Of a DNA stretch of 64,000 nt, positions 38,833 to 47,287 are shown in pieces; position 1 is the stretch's first letter; every line of letters starts with the position of its first letter. Source of the stretch: an uncultured Oleiphilus sp. (lineage in GTDB: Bacteria > Pseudomonadota > Gammaproteobacteria > Pseudomonadales > Halomonadaceae); the NCBI GenBank assembly GCA_964342385.1, contig CAYFGP010000003.1, positions 69,244 through 133,243 of the forward strand. Reading direction: 5' to 3'. A program made the position numbers and the translations under genes. The notes under the pieces were generated by a model. It saw nothing but the letters and a program-made list of their open reading frames with translations, searched no databases and was not told the origin of the DNA.

Positions 38833-41355
38833 TTAAAATTTCATATCCAGTTCAACAAAGGCTGTCGCCGGTGCTCCAGCACTGATGCCTGCACCATAAG
38901 GCTGATCTGGGCCGCTCAGAGTGTAGTAGTCCTTGTTAAACAGATTCTTCACACCAAAAGCGATGCTGCTAGCATTTTTACCTTCGGTCATTAGATAGCT
39001 GACACGGGTATTCCAGATAGAGAAGCTCGGCAGCTTGCCACGGTAATAGGTGTTGTTAACGACGGTTAACTCACTGGTATTCTCATTGTCGGCAAACTGA
39101 GAGGACTGGCTATAGTTATCCAGATTCCAGGTCCAACGCCCATGCTGATATTCCATGCCCAGATTGCTGACCCAGTTAGAGTAGTAAGGCAATTCGTTCC
39201 CTTTTAGTTCCCCCTCTCTGAACTCGGCTTGGGTATAGGCCAGGTTGCCGTAAACACTCAGGCCAGTGTCCGGTATTTGATAAGATGCTCCTAGTTCAAC
39301 ACCGTAGTGGCGGGTTTCACCCTTGTTTACGTGGTGACCCAGATCGTCGTCCCACTGAAGTTTATTATCAAAGTTGATATTAAACAGGGTGACTTCTGCA
39401 TTCAGAGTGTCCTTGTTATAGCGGCCACCCAGCTCAAAGGTACGGGCGATTTCAGGCTCCAGATTATTATCAGTGCTATCTGACAGCTGTAGATGCTGTA
39501 GGGTGCCAAATGAGGTGCTGAAGTTAGAGAACAGAGTTGTTTCTGGCGACAGCAGATAGCTGACGCTCAAAGAGGGTAGGACTTCGGTATAACTCTCTTC
39601 GTTGCGGAAATTATTCGGGCTGTTTTTCTTCACCAGGCTATGGCGATAAACCTCAACATTTTCCAAGCGTACGCCCGGTGTGATCTGCCATAAGCCGACA
39701 CTGATACGATCATCAATAAAGGCCGCATGTGCAGTGGTACCCGCCTTATCCTGGGTGCGGAAAACTCCTTCAATGGATTTAGGCGCATCACCTTCAGCAA
39801 AGTTATTCCAACGGTAACGAGTCAGATCCGCGTCTTCTTTTACAAAGCGGTAACCAACAGAGACTTCGTGGTCGATATCGCGGGTAGTAAACAGCTGGCT
39901 GTAGCGAGGTTCGATACCGTAAACATCGTACTCACGGCCCCATTCGTCGTAACGCTGACGAGAGTCTGGATTAAACTGCAAGCCGTACAGACGATAGGTA
40001 TTTGCCGCAAAGGCTTGAACTTCAAACTCTTGAGTGGCACTGATCTCATTGGTATAGCGGATACGGCCTTCGGTACGATCACCTTTAAAGTGATTGTAAT
40101 CATAACGGGATTGCCATGGATTTTGATCATACTGCGTTTGATTTAAGCCGCCAGGGATATCGGTTTCAGCGTTGAAGAAACGGATATGACCTTCAAGCAG
40201 TTCACTGTCGGATAACCAGGTTTCCCCCTTGAGCATCAGGTCATCGATATTCTCATCGGAGTTTTCTCGGAAACCGCTGCCATGGCTACCGGAGTAGATC
40301 AGTGCCAGGCCGGTATCTTCGTTTACCTTACCGCTGAAAAAGGCGTTCATCTGACCGAGCAGATTCTGTTCGCCATCGTCGATCGCGCTTTCGGCTTTTA
40401 GCTTGATACGTGCAGTGGTTTCTTCACTGATCTGCGGGGTAACAAAGTTGATAATGCCACCGACGTTCTGTGGTCCGTAACGCACTGAGCTACCGCCTTT
40501 CACCACATCAATAGCGGCCAAGTTACCCAGACCTACAGGGGCGATAGACAGCTGAGGCTGACCGTATGGGGCAAAGGAGAGCGGCATGCCGTCCAGCAGA
40601 ATAGTGGACTTCTCAGAGAAACGGGATTTCAGACCGCGTACACCAATGCTAAGAGCGTGATTAGCGCCATAGCTCTCCGCTGGAACGCGAACCTGAACAC
40701 CCGGTATTTTGCGAAATGCCTCGGTTAGGGAGCTAACCCCCGACTTTTCCATCTCTTCCTGAGTTAATTGCTGACGGGAGCCGGGGAAGTTCTGCCGTGT
40801 GGTGCTATCGGCTTGGTTTAGCCAGTTACCGATGACCACTAATTCATCCTCAATCAGCTCATGTTCAGCTTGGGATTGTTTTGCTGCTGAATGAGTTTGA
40901 GATTGACCGGAAGAGGAGCTTTTTACCAACATCAGGCGATTACCTGTGCCGACTTTAAAGCTGAAGCCACTCTCTTTCAGTAGTGTTTTCAGAGCCTGTT
41001 GCGTACTCATCTGGCCACGGATTACTGGTGCTTGCAAACCTTTTAATTGGCCAGGTTGCAATAGAATATGTAGTCCAGCTTGTTCTGCCAGATCAGTAAT
41101 TGAACGATCCAAAGTCTGTGCCGGAATATTCCAGTTTTGACTTTGTTGCAATACTGTTTGAGCAGTACTTTGTTCAGCCATCGCTGGTGAGGCTGCGAGA
41201 GCAGATACCATCAAACCCGCAGCAAGTGATCGCTTCAAGCCTTGTGCATATTGACCGTCCTGAGTGTTTGGACGAGCGTGTCCCTCTGCGTGAAGAGAAT
41301 CCCGGTGATGCTGACGAATTGCAGACTGCAGGATGTTCATATGTGGCGCGGGCAT
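38833..41355 (-). CDS. fecA: TonB-dependent ferric-citrate-type transducer receptor with N-terminal signalling (STN) domain
   Basis: STN WNIPAQTLD...L.EQAG; plug IGVRGL...FAPYGQPQLSIAP...VRYGPQNVGGIINF closely recalls E. coli FecA; C-terminal Phe. Confidence 0.88.
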   Translation of the reverse strand: MPAPHMNILQSAIRQHHRDSLHAEGHARPNTQDGQYAQGLKRSLAAGLMVSALAASPAMAEQSTAQTVLQQSQNWNIPAQTLDRSITDLAEQAGLHILLQPGQLKGLQAPVIRGQMSTQQALKTLLKESGFSFKVGTGNRLMLVKSSSSGQSQTHSAAKQSQAEHELIEDELVVIGNWLNQADSTTRQNFPGSRQQLTQEEMEKSGVSSLTEAFRKIPGVQVRVPAESYGANHALSIGVRGLKSRFSEKSTILLDGMPLSFAPYGQPQLSIAPVGLGNLAAIDVVKGGSSVRYGPQNVGGIINFVTPQISEETTARIKLKAESAIDDGEQNLLGQMNAFFSGKVNEDTGLALIYSGSHGSGFRENSDENIDDLMLKGETWLSDSELLEGHIRFFNAETDIPGGLNQTQYDQNPWQSRYDYNHFKGDRTEGRIRYTNEISATQEFEVQAFAANTYRLYGLQFNPDSRQRYDEWGREYDVYGIEPRYSQLFTTRDIDHEVSVGYRFVKEDADLTRYRWNNFAEGDAPKSIEGVFRTQDKAGTTAHAAFIDDRISVGLWQITPGVRLENVEVYRHSLVKKNSPNNFRNEESYTEVLPSLSVSYLLSPETTLFSNFSTSFGTLQHLQLSDSTDNNLEPEIARTFELGGRYNKDTLNAEVTLFNINFDNKLQWDDDLGHHVNKGETRHYGVELGASYQIPDTGLSVYGNLAYTQAEFREGELKGNELPYYSNWVSNLGMEYQHGRWTWNLDNYSQSSQFADNENTSELTVVNNTYYRGKLPSFSIWNTRVSYLMTEGKNASSIAFGVKNLFNKDYYTLSGPDQPYGAGISAGAPATAFVELDMKF

Positions 41356-41654
41356 CTATTGCTCCTTGATCTTATAGAATTATGCAAAAGATAATCTTTA
41401 TTATTTGCACTTAAGAACTAAGACGGAGCAAATTCAAAACACCCAACCCTAATTTTTAAATTTTTTTCACAAAAGTTTGGTAGCAGCATTTTCTGAAAGG
41501 CTTGGATTCAAGTAATAAGTGCAATGAAAGAGCAAGAAAAGGACAGGTTAGAGAAAATGTGCCGGGCAAGGTTCGATACCTTGTAAGTTATCAAACGTGC
41601 AAGGTATCGATCCGGTACAGGATGGCCGATTAGTGCAGAGCTAATGCGGGAAAG

Positions 41655-42773
41655 TTAATGTAGAACAACCATCTGCTCAGTTACCTTGATGACATCGGCA
41701 CCCAAGCTGCTATTCAGCAGGCTTAAGGTAAAATCAAGATCATTATTGGGTAGTATGCCGCTCATTTTTTTATCTGCCAGCGATGGATTCGCCAGGATTA
41801 TTTGAGCCGAGTATTGGCGGTTTAAACGCTCTAATACCTCAGATAGCGGCGTATCATCCAATCTGATGATTTGGCGTTTCCAATCCGGCAGGTAAAGCTT
41901 ATGGCCTGAGCTGTGATTGATCTGCCCAGAGTCAGTTACCGTAACGCTTTGACCGGCTTTAAGCTGAGCCTCTTTAGATTGGTTCGAATTGGATAAAACT
42001 GTAGTGACCTTCAACCGGCCCTCTGTCAGTGTGGTCTGCACCTGATTATCCAGTTGGCGCACATTGAATGCCGTACCTATAGCGGTAGCCGTTACATAAT
42101 GACTGATTACCTGAAAAGGGCGGTTTTTGTCGGATGCAACCTCAAAAAATGCCTCGCCATAAAGCAGTTCAATGCTGCGAGCAGACTCTGTGAAGTTGAC
42201 TGCAATACCCGTTTGGCCATTAAGATGTACCTGGCTGCCATCATCTAAAGTAATGCTTAGCTGTTCACCAACCGGCGTCGCGTAATCCGGCGAATGCCAG
42301 ATTTGTGGCGGTAGTAAAACCACGACTAACAGTGCTAGGGTAGATACCGCTAATGCGGTAAATCCTTTAGCGATTAAACTCGAGCTCCAAGATATTGCAT
42401 TTGATCGTTCTCTTGGTTGAATATCTCTATTATCAGGATGGCTAGAGATGCTATACGTAGGTGCCACTTGTTGAGGCAGCTGTTGAGGCTGTTGTTGATG
42501 ATCGGATTGCAGAGTGGGTGCCTGAGAAGATGTTTGGAAGGATAGAGCCCCTTCGTGATATTCATCCTGCAGCTGTTGTGTAGCGGTTTCCATATCCTGC
42601 CAAAGTAAACAGGTTTCCAGATATTGCTCTTCATGCTCAGGCGCTTGTGCTAGCCAGAGCTCAAATTGTTGCAACAACTCAGTGTCATCTGGGTTAGATT
42701 GCAGCATCAAAAACCAGTGCTGAGCTTGTTCCGATAATGTGGAATTGCTGGATTGATCTATGTTCGTTTTCAT
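41655..42773 (-). CDS. fecR: FecR family anti-sigma/transmembrane signal transducer
   Basis: EQAQHWF...WLAQAPEH N-terminus, TM helix, TLDDGSQVHLN, LLYGEAFFEVA.D..RPF, AIGTAFNV. Confidence 0.9.
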   Translation of the reverse strand: MKTNIDQSSNSTLSEQAQHWFLMLQSNPDDTELLQQFELWLAQAPEHEEQYLETCLLWQDMETATQQLQDEYHEGALSFQTSSQAPTLQSDHQQQPQQLPQQVAPTYSISSHPDNRDIQPRERSNAISWSSSLIAKGFTALAVSTLALLVVVLLPPQIWHSPDYATPVGEQLSITLDDGSQVHLNGQTGIAVNFTESARSIELLYGEAFFEVASDKNRPFQVISHYVTATAIGTAFNVRQLDNQVQTTLTEGRLKVTTVLSNSNQSKEAQLKAGQSVTVTDSGQINHSSGHKLYLPDWKRQIIRLDDTPLSEVLERLNRQYSAQIILANPSLADKKMSGILPNNDLDFTLSLLNSSLGADVIKVTEQMVVLH

Positions 42774-42790
42774 TGTCTATCAGCTCCGCA

Positions 42791-43438
42791 TCAATGCATA
42801 TCTGAGGTTAATGCACTTCGGCATTTCTGCAGAGCAGTTTTTAAATGCTTTTCAACCATGGTTTGAGAGATATCCATTTCTCTTGCCACCTCTTTTAACG
42901 TCATCTCTTTAAAGCGTGCGAGCATTAGTGCTTGCTTAGAGCGTTCTGGCAGTTGAGAGATGGCCTGTTTTAACAGGTCCAGACGACGCTCTTTAATCAA
43001 GGTTTCTAACTGTTCAGGTTGGGCTGAGACCAGCTCTTCAAACACCTCATCACTTTCGAGTGTGGGCGTTGTTTTTTGCTGACGGAGATAATCCAAAGCT
43101 AAGTTTGTTGCGATCTTGGTTAGAAATGCTTTGGGTTGGCGAATTACTTCGATCCCTGGCACTTTGGAGAGTCGCACAAACGTATCCTGTAATAGCTCTT
43201 CTGCAATAGCTCGGTTTTTCACCATAGCCAGCAAATGCAGCAGTATATCCTGCCGATGAGCCTGGTACATCCGGGTGATAGCCTGTTCCTTCCTTGAAGG
43301 CGAGAAACTTTTTTCTGATTGCTTGTTGTCGCCTTGCCCTTTGCGGCCTTGTTCTTTGTGGCCGTTAGATAACTTATCCGTGAGGGTATCCGATAAGCGA
43401 TCTGTGTTGTGGCCATCATCAAAAAAGACTTGGCTCAT
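42791..43438 (-). CDS. fecI: ECF sigma factor, FecI-like
   Basis: AEELLQDTFVRL; PKAFLTKIATNLALDYLR; region 4 ISQLPER...MTLKEVAREMDISQTMVEKHL. Confidence 0.9.
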   Translation of the reverse strand: MSQVFFDDGHNTDRLSDTLTDKLSNGHKEQGRKGQGDNKQSEKSFSPSRKEQAITRMYQAHRQDILLHLLAMVKNRAIAEELLQDTFVRLSKVPGIEVIRQPKAFLTKIATNLALDYLRQQKTTPTLESDEVFEELVSAQPEQLETLIKERRLDLLKQAISQLPERSKQALMLARFKEMTLKEVAREMDISQTMVEKHLKTALQKCRSALTSDMH

Positions 43439-43486
43439 AGAAGATTTCCAGCTTGGAAAATTAGGTAGTGCATAGCGTTATCTTTT

Positions 43487-43505
43487 GCTAATGAAAATTG
43501 TTATC
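43487..43505. promoter_or_regulatory. Fur box upstream of fecI
   Basis: GCTAATGAAAATTGTTATC matches GATAATGATAATCATTATC at 15/19 positions and lies about 50 nt upstream of the fecI start. Confidence 0.72.
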
Positions 43506-43749
43506 AGTTAATGTTTTGTCGGCATTATACATCGTTTTCCGAGAAATCCATTGTCGGATAAAAATGGGACTGTTTTATTGGGAAAGAAAAGTGGAGCTGT
43601 AAGCTATTACGTCACATTCCTTATGCCATGTAAGGTCTTGTAATAGTGGCGTTTGCCTGGATGGTTGAAAATTAGCGCTTTGTGCAGAGCAGGTGCGTCT
43701 ATAAATCGCTCTGTATTGTAGATGAGAGCTACAGCCGAAAAGGTGAAAT

Positions 43750-45240
43750 ATGAAACGAGTTAACGGTGCATTGCTACTGTGTGGTGCGACAGTGATGAGC
43801 GGTTGTGCTCACATGTCCAATACGGCACAGAACAGTGATCATGGGCGTCATTATCACAAAACAAAACGTTTTTATCAGGAGATCATCAATCAGGAGAAGG
43901 TTGATGTTTCCAAGCTGAATCTGTTTTTTACTCAGATGCCCAAAGGTGGTGATATCCACCATCACTATACTGGCAGTATTTATACTGAGACCTATCTGGA
44001 ATGGGTGGATGCCAAAGGTTGGATGATTGATAAATGCAACCTGAAGATTATTAGAGCCGCTGAAGATGCCTGTGATGGGAAGGGACTTACCATTGATCAA
44101 CTGATGAGTAACAATGCCCTGTACCGTAAGCTGCTGATGGTATGGTCCAATAAAGATTACGCAAATCATTACCACGATCAGCCACCACCCGACGCCAATT
44201 TCTTCCAGACTTTTGGCTATTTCGGTGGTGTTTCTGGCCAATATATGGACACAGGGCTGAATATTCTTAAGACACGTGCCAAGAAAGAGAATGTGAGTTA
44301 TATCGAAACTATGCTGCGAAAAGTGGGTGCACGCAGTGAAAATGTTTTCAATGAGGATCAAATTGCTCAGATTTCACAGCGGCTGAGAGCGGCAAAAGAC
44401 CAGGCAGCAGTCGATGAGATTCTGGAGCAACTGGTGGAGGTTTACGATAATAGTAAGAGCTTTGATAAAGCCATTAAAAAGTATCTGTCTAAGTTGAATA
44501 AAGATCATCAGGGCATCGACGATGAGCACTTTACTATGCGTTATCAGACCTATGCTTCCCGAACCTCCAACCCTGTGAAAGTGTTTACTGATCTTTATTC
44601 TGGTTACGTTGCAGCGGATATGTCGCCACTGGTGGTTGGGGTCAATATTGTCGCGCCGGAAAACAACCATATTGCGCTCAGGGACTATACCCTGCACATG
44701 CGCATGTATAACTTTCTTAAACGAAAATACCCGGATGTGGGCCGTTCGCTACATGCCGGTGAATTAACTCTGGGTATGGTGAGACCAAAAAACCTGACTT
44801 TCCATATCAATGAAGCCAGAAGTATCGCCAAGGCTCAGCGTATTGGTCATGGTGTTGATCTTCCCTATGAAGAGAAGCCTGAAGAGTTACTTAAAGATCT
44901 GAAAGAGAACTCTGCCATTGAGATCAATCTGACCAGCAATCAGTTTATCCTGGGAGTGGATAAGGAAAACCATCCTTATCAGATCTATGCCGCTTACGGT
45001 GTGCCTATGGTGATCTCAACCGACGATTCTGGCGTGTCCCGTAACAATCTGTCGGGTGAGTACGTGTTACTGGCTTCCCGCTATCGTGTGGATTATCCCA
45101 CAATCAAAAAATACGTTTACAACAGTATTGATTACTCTTTCCTGAGTGACGATGACAAGCGTAAACAGCGCGATCTTCTGGATAAATCTTTCCATCAGTT
45201 TGAAGCTGAAATTGCTCGATTGAGTGAGAAAATGCACTAA
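43750..45240 (+). CDS. Adenosine/AMP deaminase family protein (ADGF/ADA2-like), predicted lipoprotein
   Basis: Lipobox-like VMSGC; MPKGGDIHHH, LHAGE, RIGHG and STDDSG metal/catalytic motifs. Confidence 0.88.
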   Translation: MKRVNGALLLCGATVMSGCAHMSNTAQNSDHGRHYHKTKRFYQEIINQEKVDVSKLNLFFTQMPKGGDIHHHYTGSIYTETYLEWVDAKGWMIDKCNLKIIRAAEDACDGKGLTIDQLMSNNALYRKLLMVWSNKDYANHYHDQPPPDANFFQTFGYFGGVSGQYMDTGLNILKTRAKKENVSYIETMLRKVGARSENVFNEDQIAQISQRLRAAKDQAAVDEILEQLVEVYDNSKSFDKAIKKYLSKLNKDHQGIDDEHFTMRYQTYASRTSNPVKVFTDLYSGYVAADMSPLVVGVNIVAPENNHIALRDYTLHMRMYNFLKRKYPDVGRSLHAGELTLGMVRPKNLTFHINEARSIAKAQRIGHGVDLPYEEKPEELLKDLKENSAIEINLTSNQFILGVDKENHPYQIYAAYGVPMVISTDDSGVSRNNLSGEYVLLASRYRVDYPTIKKYVYNSIDYSFLSDDDKRKQRDLLDKSFHQFEAEIARLSEKMH

Positions 45241-45251
45241 GAGGCATTCGG

Positions 45252-45281
45252 CAGTTCCCCTGAAGTAGATCAGGGGAACTG
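45252..45281. terminator. Stem-loop after the deaminase gene
   Basis: CAGTTCCCCTGA-N6-TCAGGGGAACTG. Confidence 0.6.
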
Positions 45282-45427
45282 TTGCAACTGGTACGGTGCC
45301 CATAAAAAATATGAACTCTTAGAGTTGTATCAATCTCCCATCATCTTCTGGATTGGCTATGGTTAAAGGCCAAGTTGGTCACTAAGCACTCACACAAAAG
45401 TTCCTCTTTAGCAGATGGCATCATTCT

Positions 45428-45616
45428 TCAGCCGCTGGCCAAAAAATATCGAAATACTTTTGTGTAAGTATGTATGAACAATTTAAGTTTTGATTTGCGA
45501 CTAAATTTGTCGCATTCTTGGCTTGGGAAAGATGATAGCGGTCGACATAAGGGGCTCTTTTCACTTGGTTCACTGAGAGATTGGATAATCCGCTCCTTGT
45601 TAACCTTTCGCCTCAT
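45428..45616 (-). CDS. Small basic ORF (62 aa) in the cro position, divergent from the repressor
   Basis: SD AGAGGA just upstream of the ATG and a divergent position across operator repeats; no recognisable HTH. Confidence 0.3.
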   Translation of the reverse strand: MRRKVNKERIIQSLSEPSEKSPLCRPLSSFPSQECDKFSRKSKLKLFIHTYTKVFRYFLASG

Positions 45617-45648
45617 ATTCCTCTCTTTTATTGGAAATTTTCACCTTT

Positions 45649-45722
45649 TGTAATCTAAACTTACAATTAGCAATGCAGCAGATTAAGTTATTCTTGTGCT
45701 GACTGTGCAAGTAACACTTGTA
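45649..45722. promoter_or_regulatory. Three spaced 17-bp imperfect palindromes (YAAG-N5-CTTR); probable repressor operators
   Basis: TGTAAT-ctaaa-CTTACA (45649), ATTAAG-ttatt-CTTGTG (45682), TGCAAG-taaca-CTTGTA (45706). Confidence 0.55.
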
Positions 45723-45724
45723 AA

Positions 45725-46414
45725 ATGGTCAGTATGGAAACGACAATAGGCGGCAGAATTGCCGAAGCAAGAAAAGCCAAAGGCTTTAACCAGTCAGAAC
45801 TGGCAACCCGAATCGGTGTAACTCCTCAATCAGTACAGCATTGGGAGAATGACCGTACTGTGCCAAGAAATAATAGGGTTGAATTGCTTGCCAGTGTGAT
45901 GGGCGTTAGCCAGGAGTGGATTCTCTTTGGTGATAAACCTGATCGTGTGGGTGATTCTGCAGAGGTTGTCTATACCTATAAACCGTCGCCAGGGATTGTT
46001 CATATTCCGTTTTTTTGCATAGAAACTGCTGCAGAGAAAGGGGAGGATGTAAGCTTGGAAGACGTGACAGATCGGGTCTCATTCGGTAAAGAAATCCTGG
46101 AGAAGCACGGACTGGAACAAGGACAGGTTGTTGCTGTTGTTGTCTCTGATGATCATATGGAGCCTCGTATCCTGAAAGGGGATACGGTACTGGTTGATAA
46201 ATCAGATAAAACCTTGGTGGATAACCATGTTTATCTGATACGGGTAGAGAATGCCCTAAGAGTGCAGCGCATGGTGAGCAGGGTTGACGGTAAGTGGGTG
46301 ATTACTTGCGATAACGCTAAATTTGCTCAATATGACACTCTCATCTCAAGAGAAGAATTCGATCAGCTTAATGTTATAGGTCGGGTTTTTATGATCCTTA
46401 TGGGTGAAATCTAG
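45725..46414 (+). CDS. Phage CI/LexA-like repressor (XRE HTH plus S24 domain) lacking the autocleavage residues
   Basis: RIAEARKAKGFNQSELATRIGVTPQSVQHWE HTH. S24 region VSDDHMEP (Ser->His144) and LRVQRM (Lys->Gln181) keeps the 37-residue dyad spacing. Confidence 0.9.
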   Translation: MVSMETTIGGRIAEARKAKGFNQSELATRIGVTPQSVQHWENDRTVPRNNRVELLASVMGVSQEWILFGDKPDRVGDSAEVVYTYKPSPGIVHIPFFCIETAAEKGEDVSLEDVTDRVSFGKEILEKHGLEQGQVVAVVVSDDHMEPRILKGDTVLVDKSDKTLVDNHVYLIRVENALRVQRMVSRVDGKWVITCDNAKFAQYDTLISREEFDQLNVIGRVFMILMGEI

Positions 46415-46584
46415 CGTTTCTTCTCACTGATTTTATTTGTTATTTATTGTCGTTTTTGCCTCTTTTTTAATCCTTTCTGTATTGCACTTATTATCCGAAA
46501 CTGCACCACCTTTTTCACCTTAGTACGCATTTATCATCCGAAACTGTGTTTAAATTAATCTTTGATATAGTTTAAATTATAATC

Positions 46585-46636
46585 TTGACAAGATTAACTT
46601 GATCCGTTTGAATTCTTTTTGTAATTTTAAATTGTA
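46585..46636 (+). promoter_or_regulatory. Sigma70-like promoter overlapped by the same operator motif
   Basis: TTGACA (46585)-17 nt-TTGAAT (46608); GACAAG-attaa-CTTGAT at 46587-46603 and TGTAAT-tttaa-ATTGTA at 46620-46636. Confidence 0.55.
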
Positions 46637-46696
46637 TTTGTTGGGCTGCATTATGTTTAAGAGCACGCCGTTTTGTGATTACCCAAGGAAAGATTG

Positions 46697-47011
46697 ATGG
46701 CACTGCAAGCTGCTGAAGTAAAATGTGATAACGAGGGGCACTGGCAACACCCTGATCTACCTCGTTGGGCAGAAGATGCCTCCAGTACAGAGATGGAGGA
46801 TTGGTTGGGGCAGCAGAGAATCAAATCAAAGATACTCCGTATAGAACAGGCTGAAGCAGAGCAAATCTTTAATTCTGGTCATATTGTTCGAACAAAAGCT
46901 CGATATAACAGGCACAGCTTAGACCTCTATTTGGAAAAGGGTTATATCGTGTTGTCCGTATATCGATCCGAGGAGGGGACATTTATTTGGTTAGGGTGTG
47001 ATAAGAGCTAA
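46697..47011 (+). CDS. Small hypothetical protein resembling lambdoid phage early-region proteins
   Basis: EGHWQHPDLPRW...MEDWL and a terminal GYIVLSVYRSEEGTFIW pattern recalled from phage hypotheticals; AAGGA SD before the ATG at 46697. Confidence 0.6.
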   Translation: MALQAAEVKCDNEGHWQHPDLPRWAEDASSTEMEDWLGQQRIKSKILRIEQAEAEQIFNSGHIVRTKARYNRHSLDLYLEKGYIVLSVYRSEEGTFIWLGCDKS

Positions 47012-47287
47012 ACCCTTTTTACACTACCGGTCTTATCATCTGTTTTGGCTTTCTTATTAATCTATTCTAATTGCCGCACAAAAATTCAAATAGCATTATC
47101 CATGTAGGGTATTATGAGGTCACAGATAAGCACTCACACTAAAGCTTCTCTGTGACAAAGGACTTCATTCTTCAGCTGTTGATCAAAGATCGTTGAAACA
47201 TTCTTTGTAGGTGAGTAGTAAATGAGTGAGTGAAGCTATGGCCTGCCAGCGCAAAGAATATGCACGCTTTGAAATAGGATAGATCGC

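Noticed and set aside
41422-41451. Putative FecI-dependent promoter upstream of fecA (TAGGG...CGTC on the - strand)
   Set aside because: The position is right, but I cannot fix a reliable consensus for this sigma factor from sequence alone.
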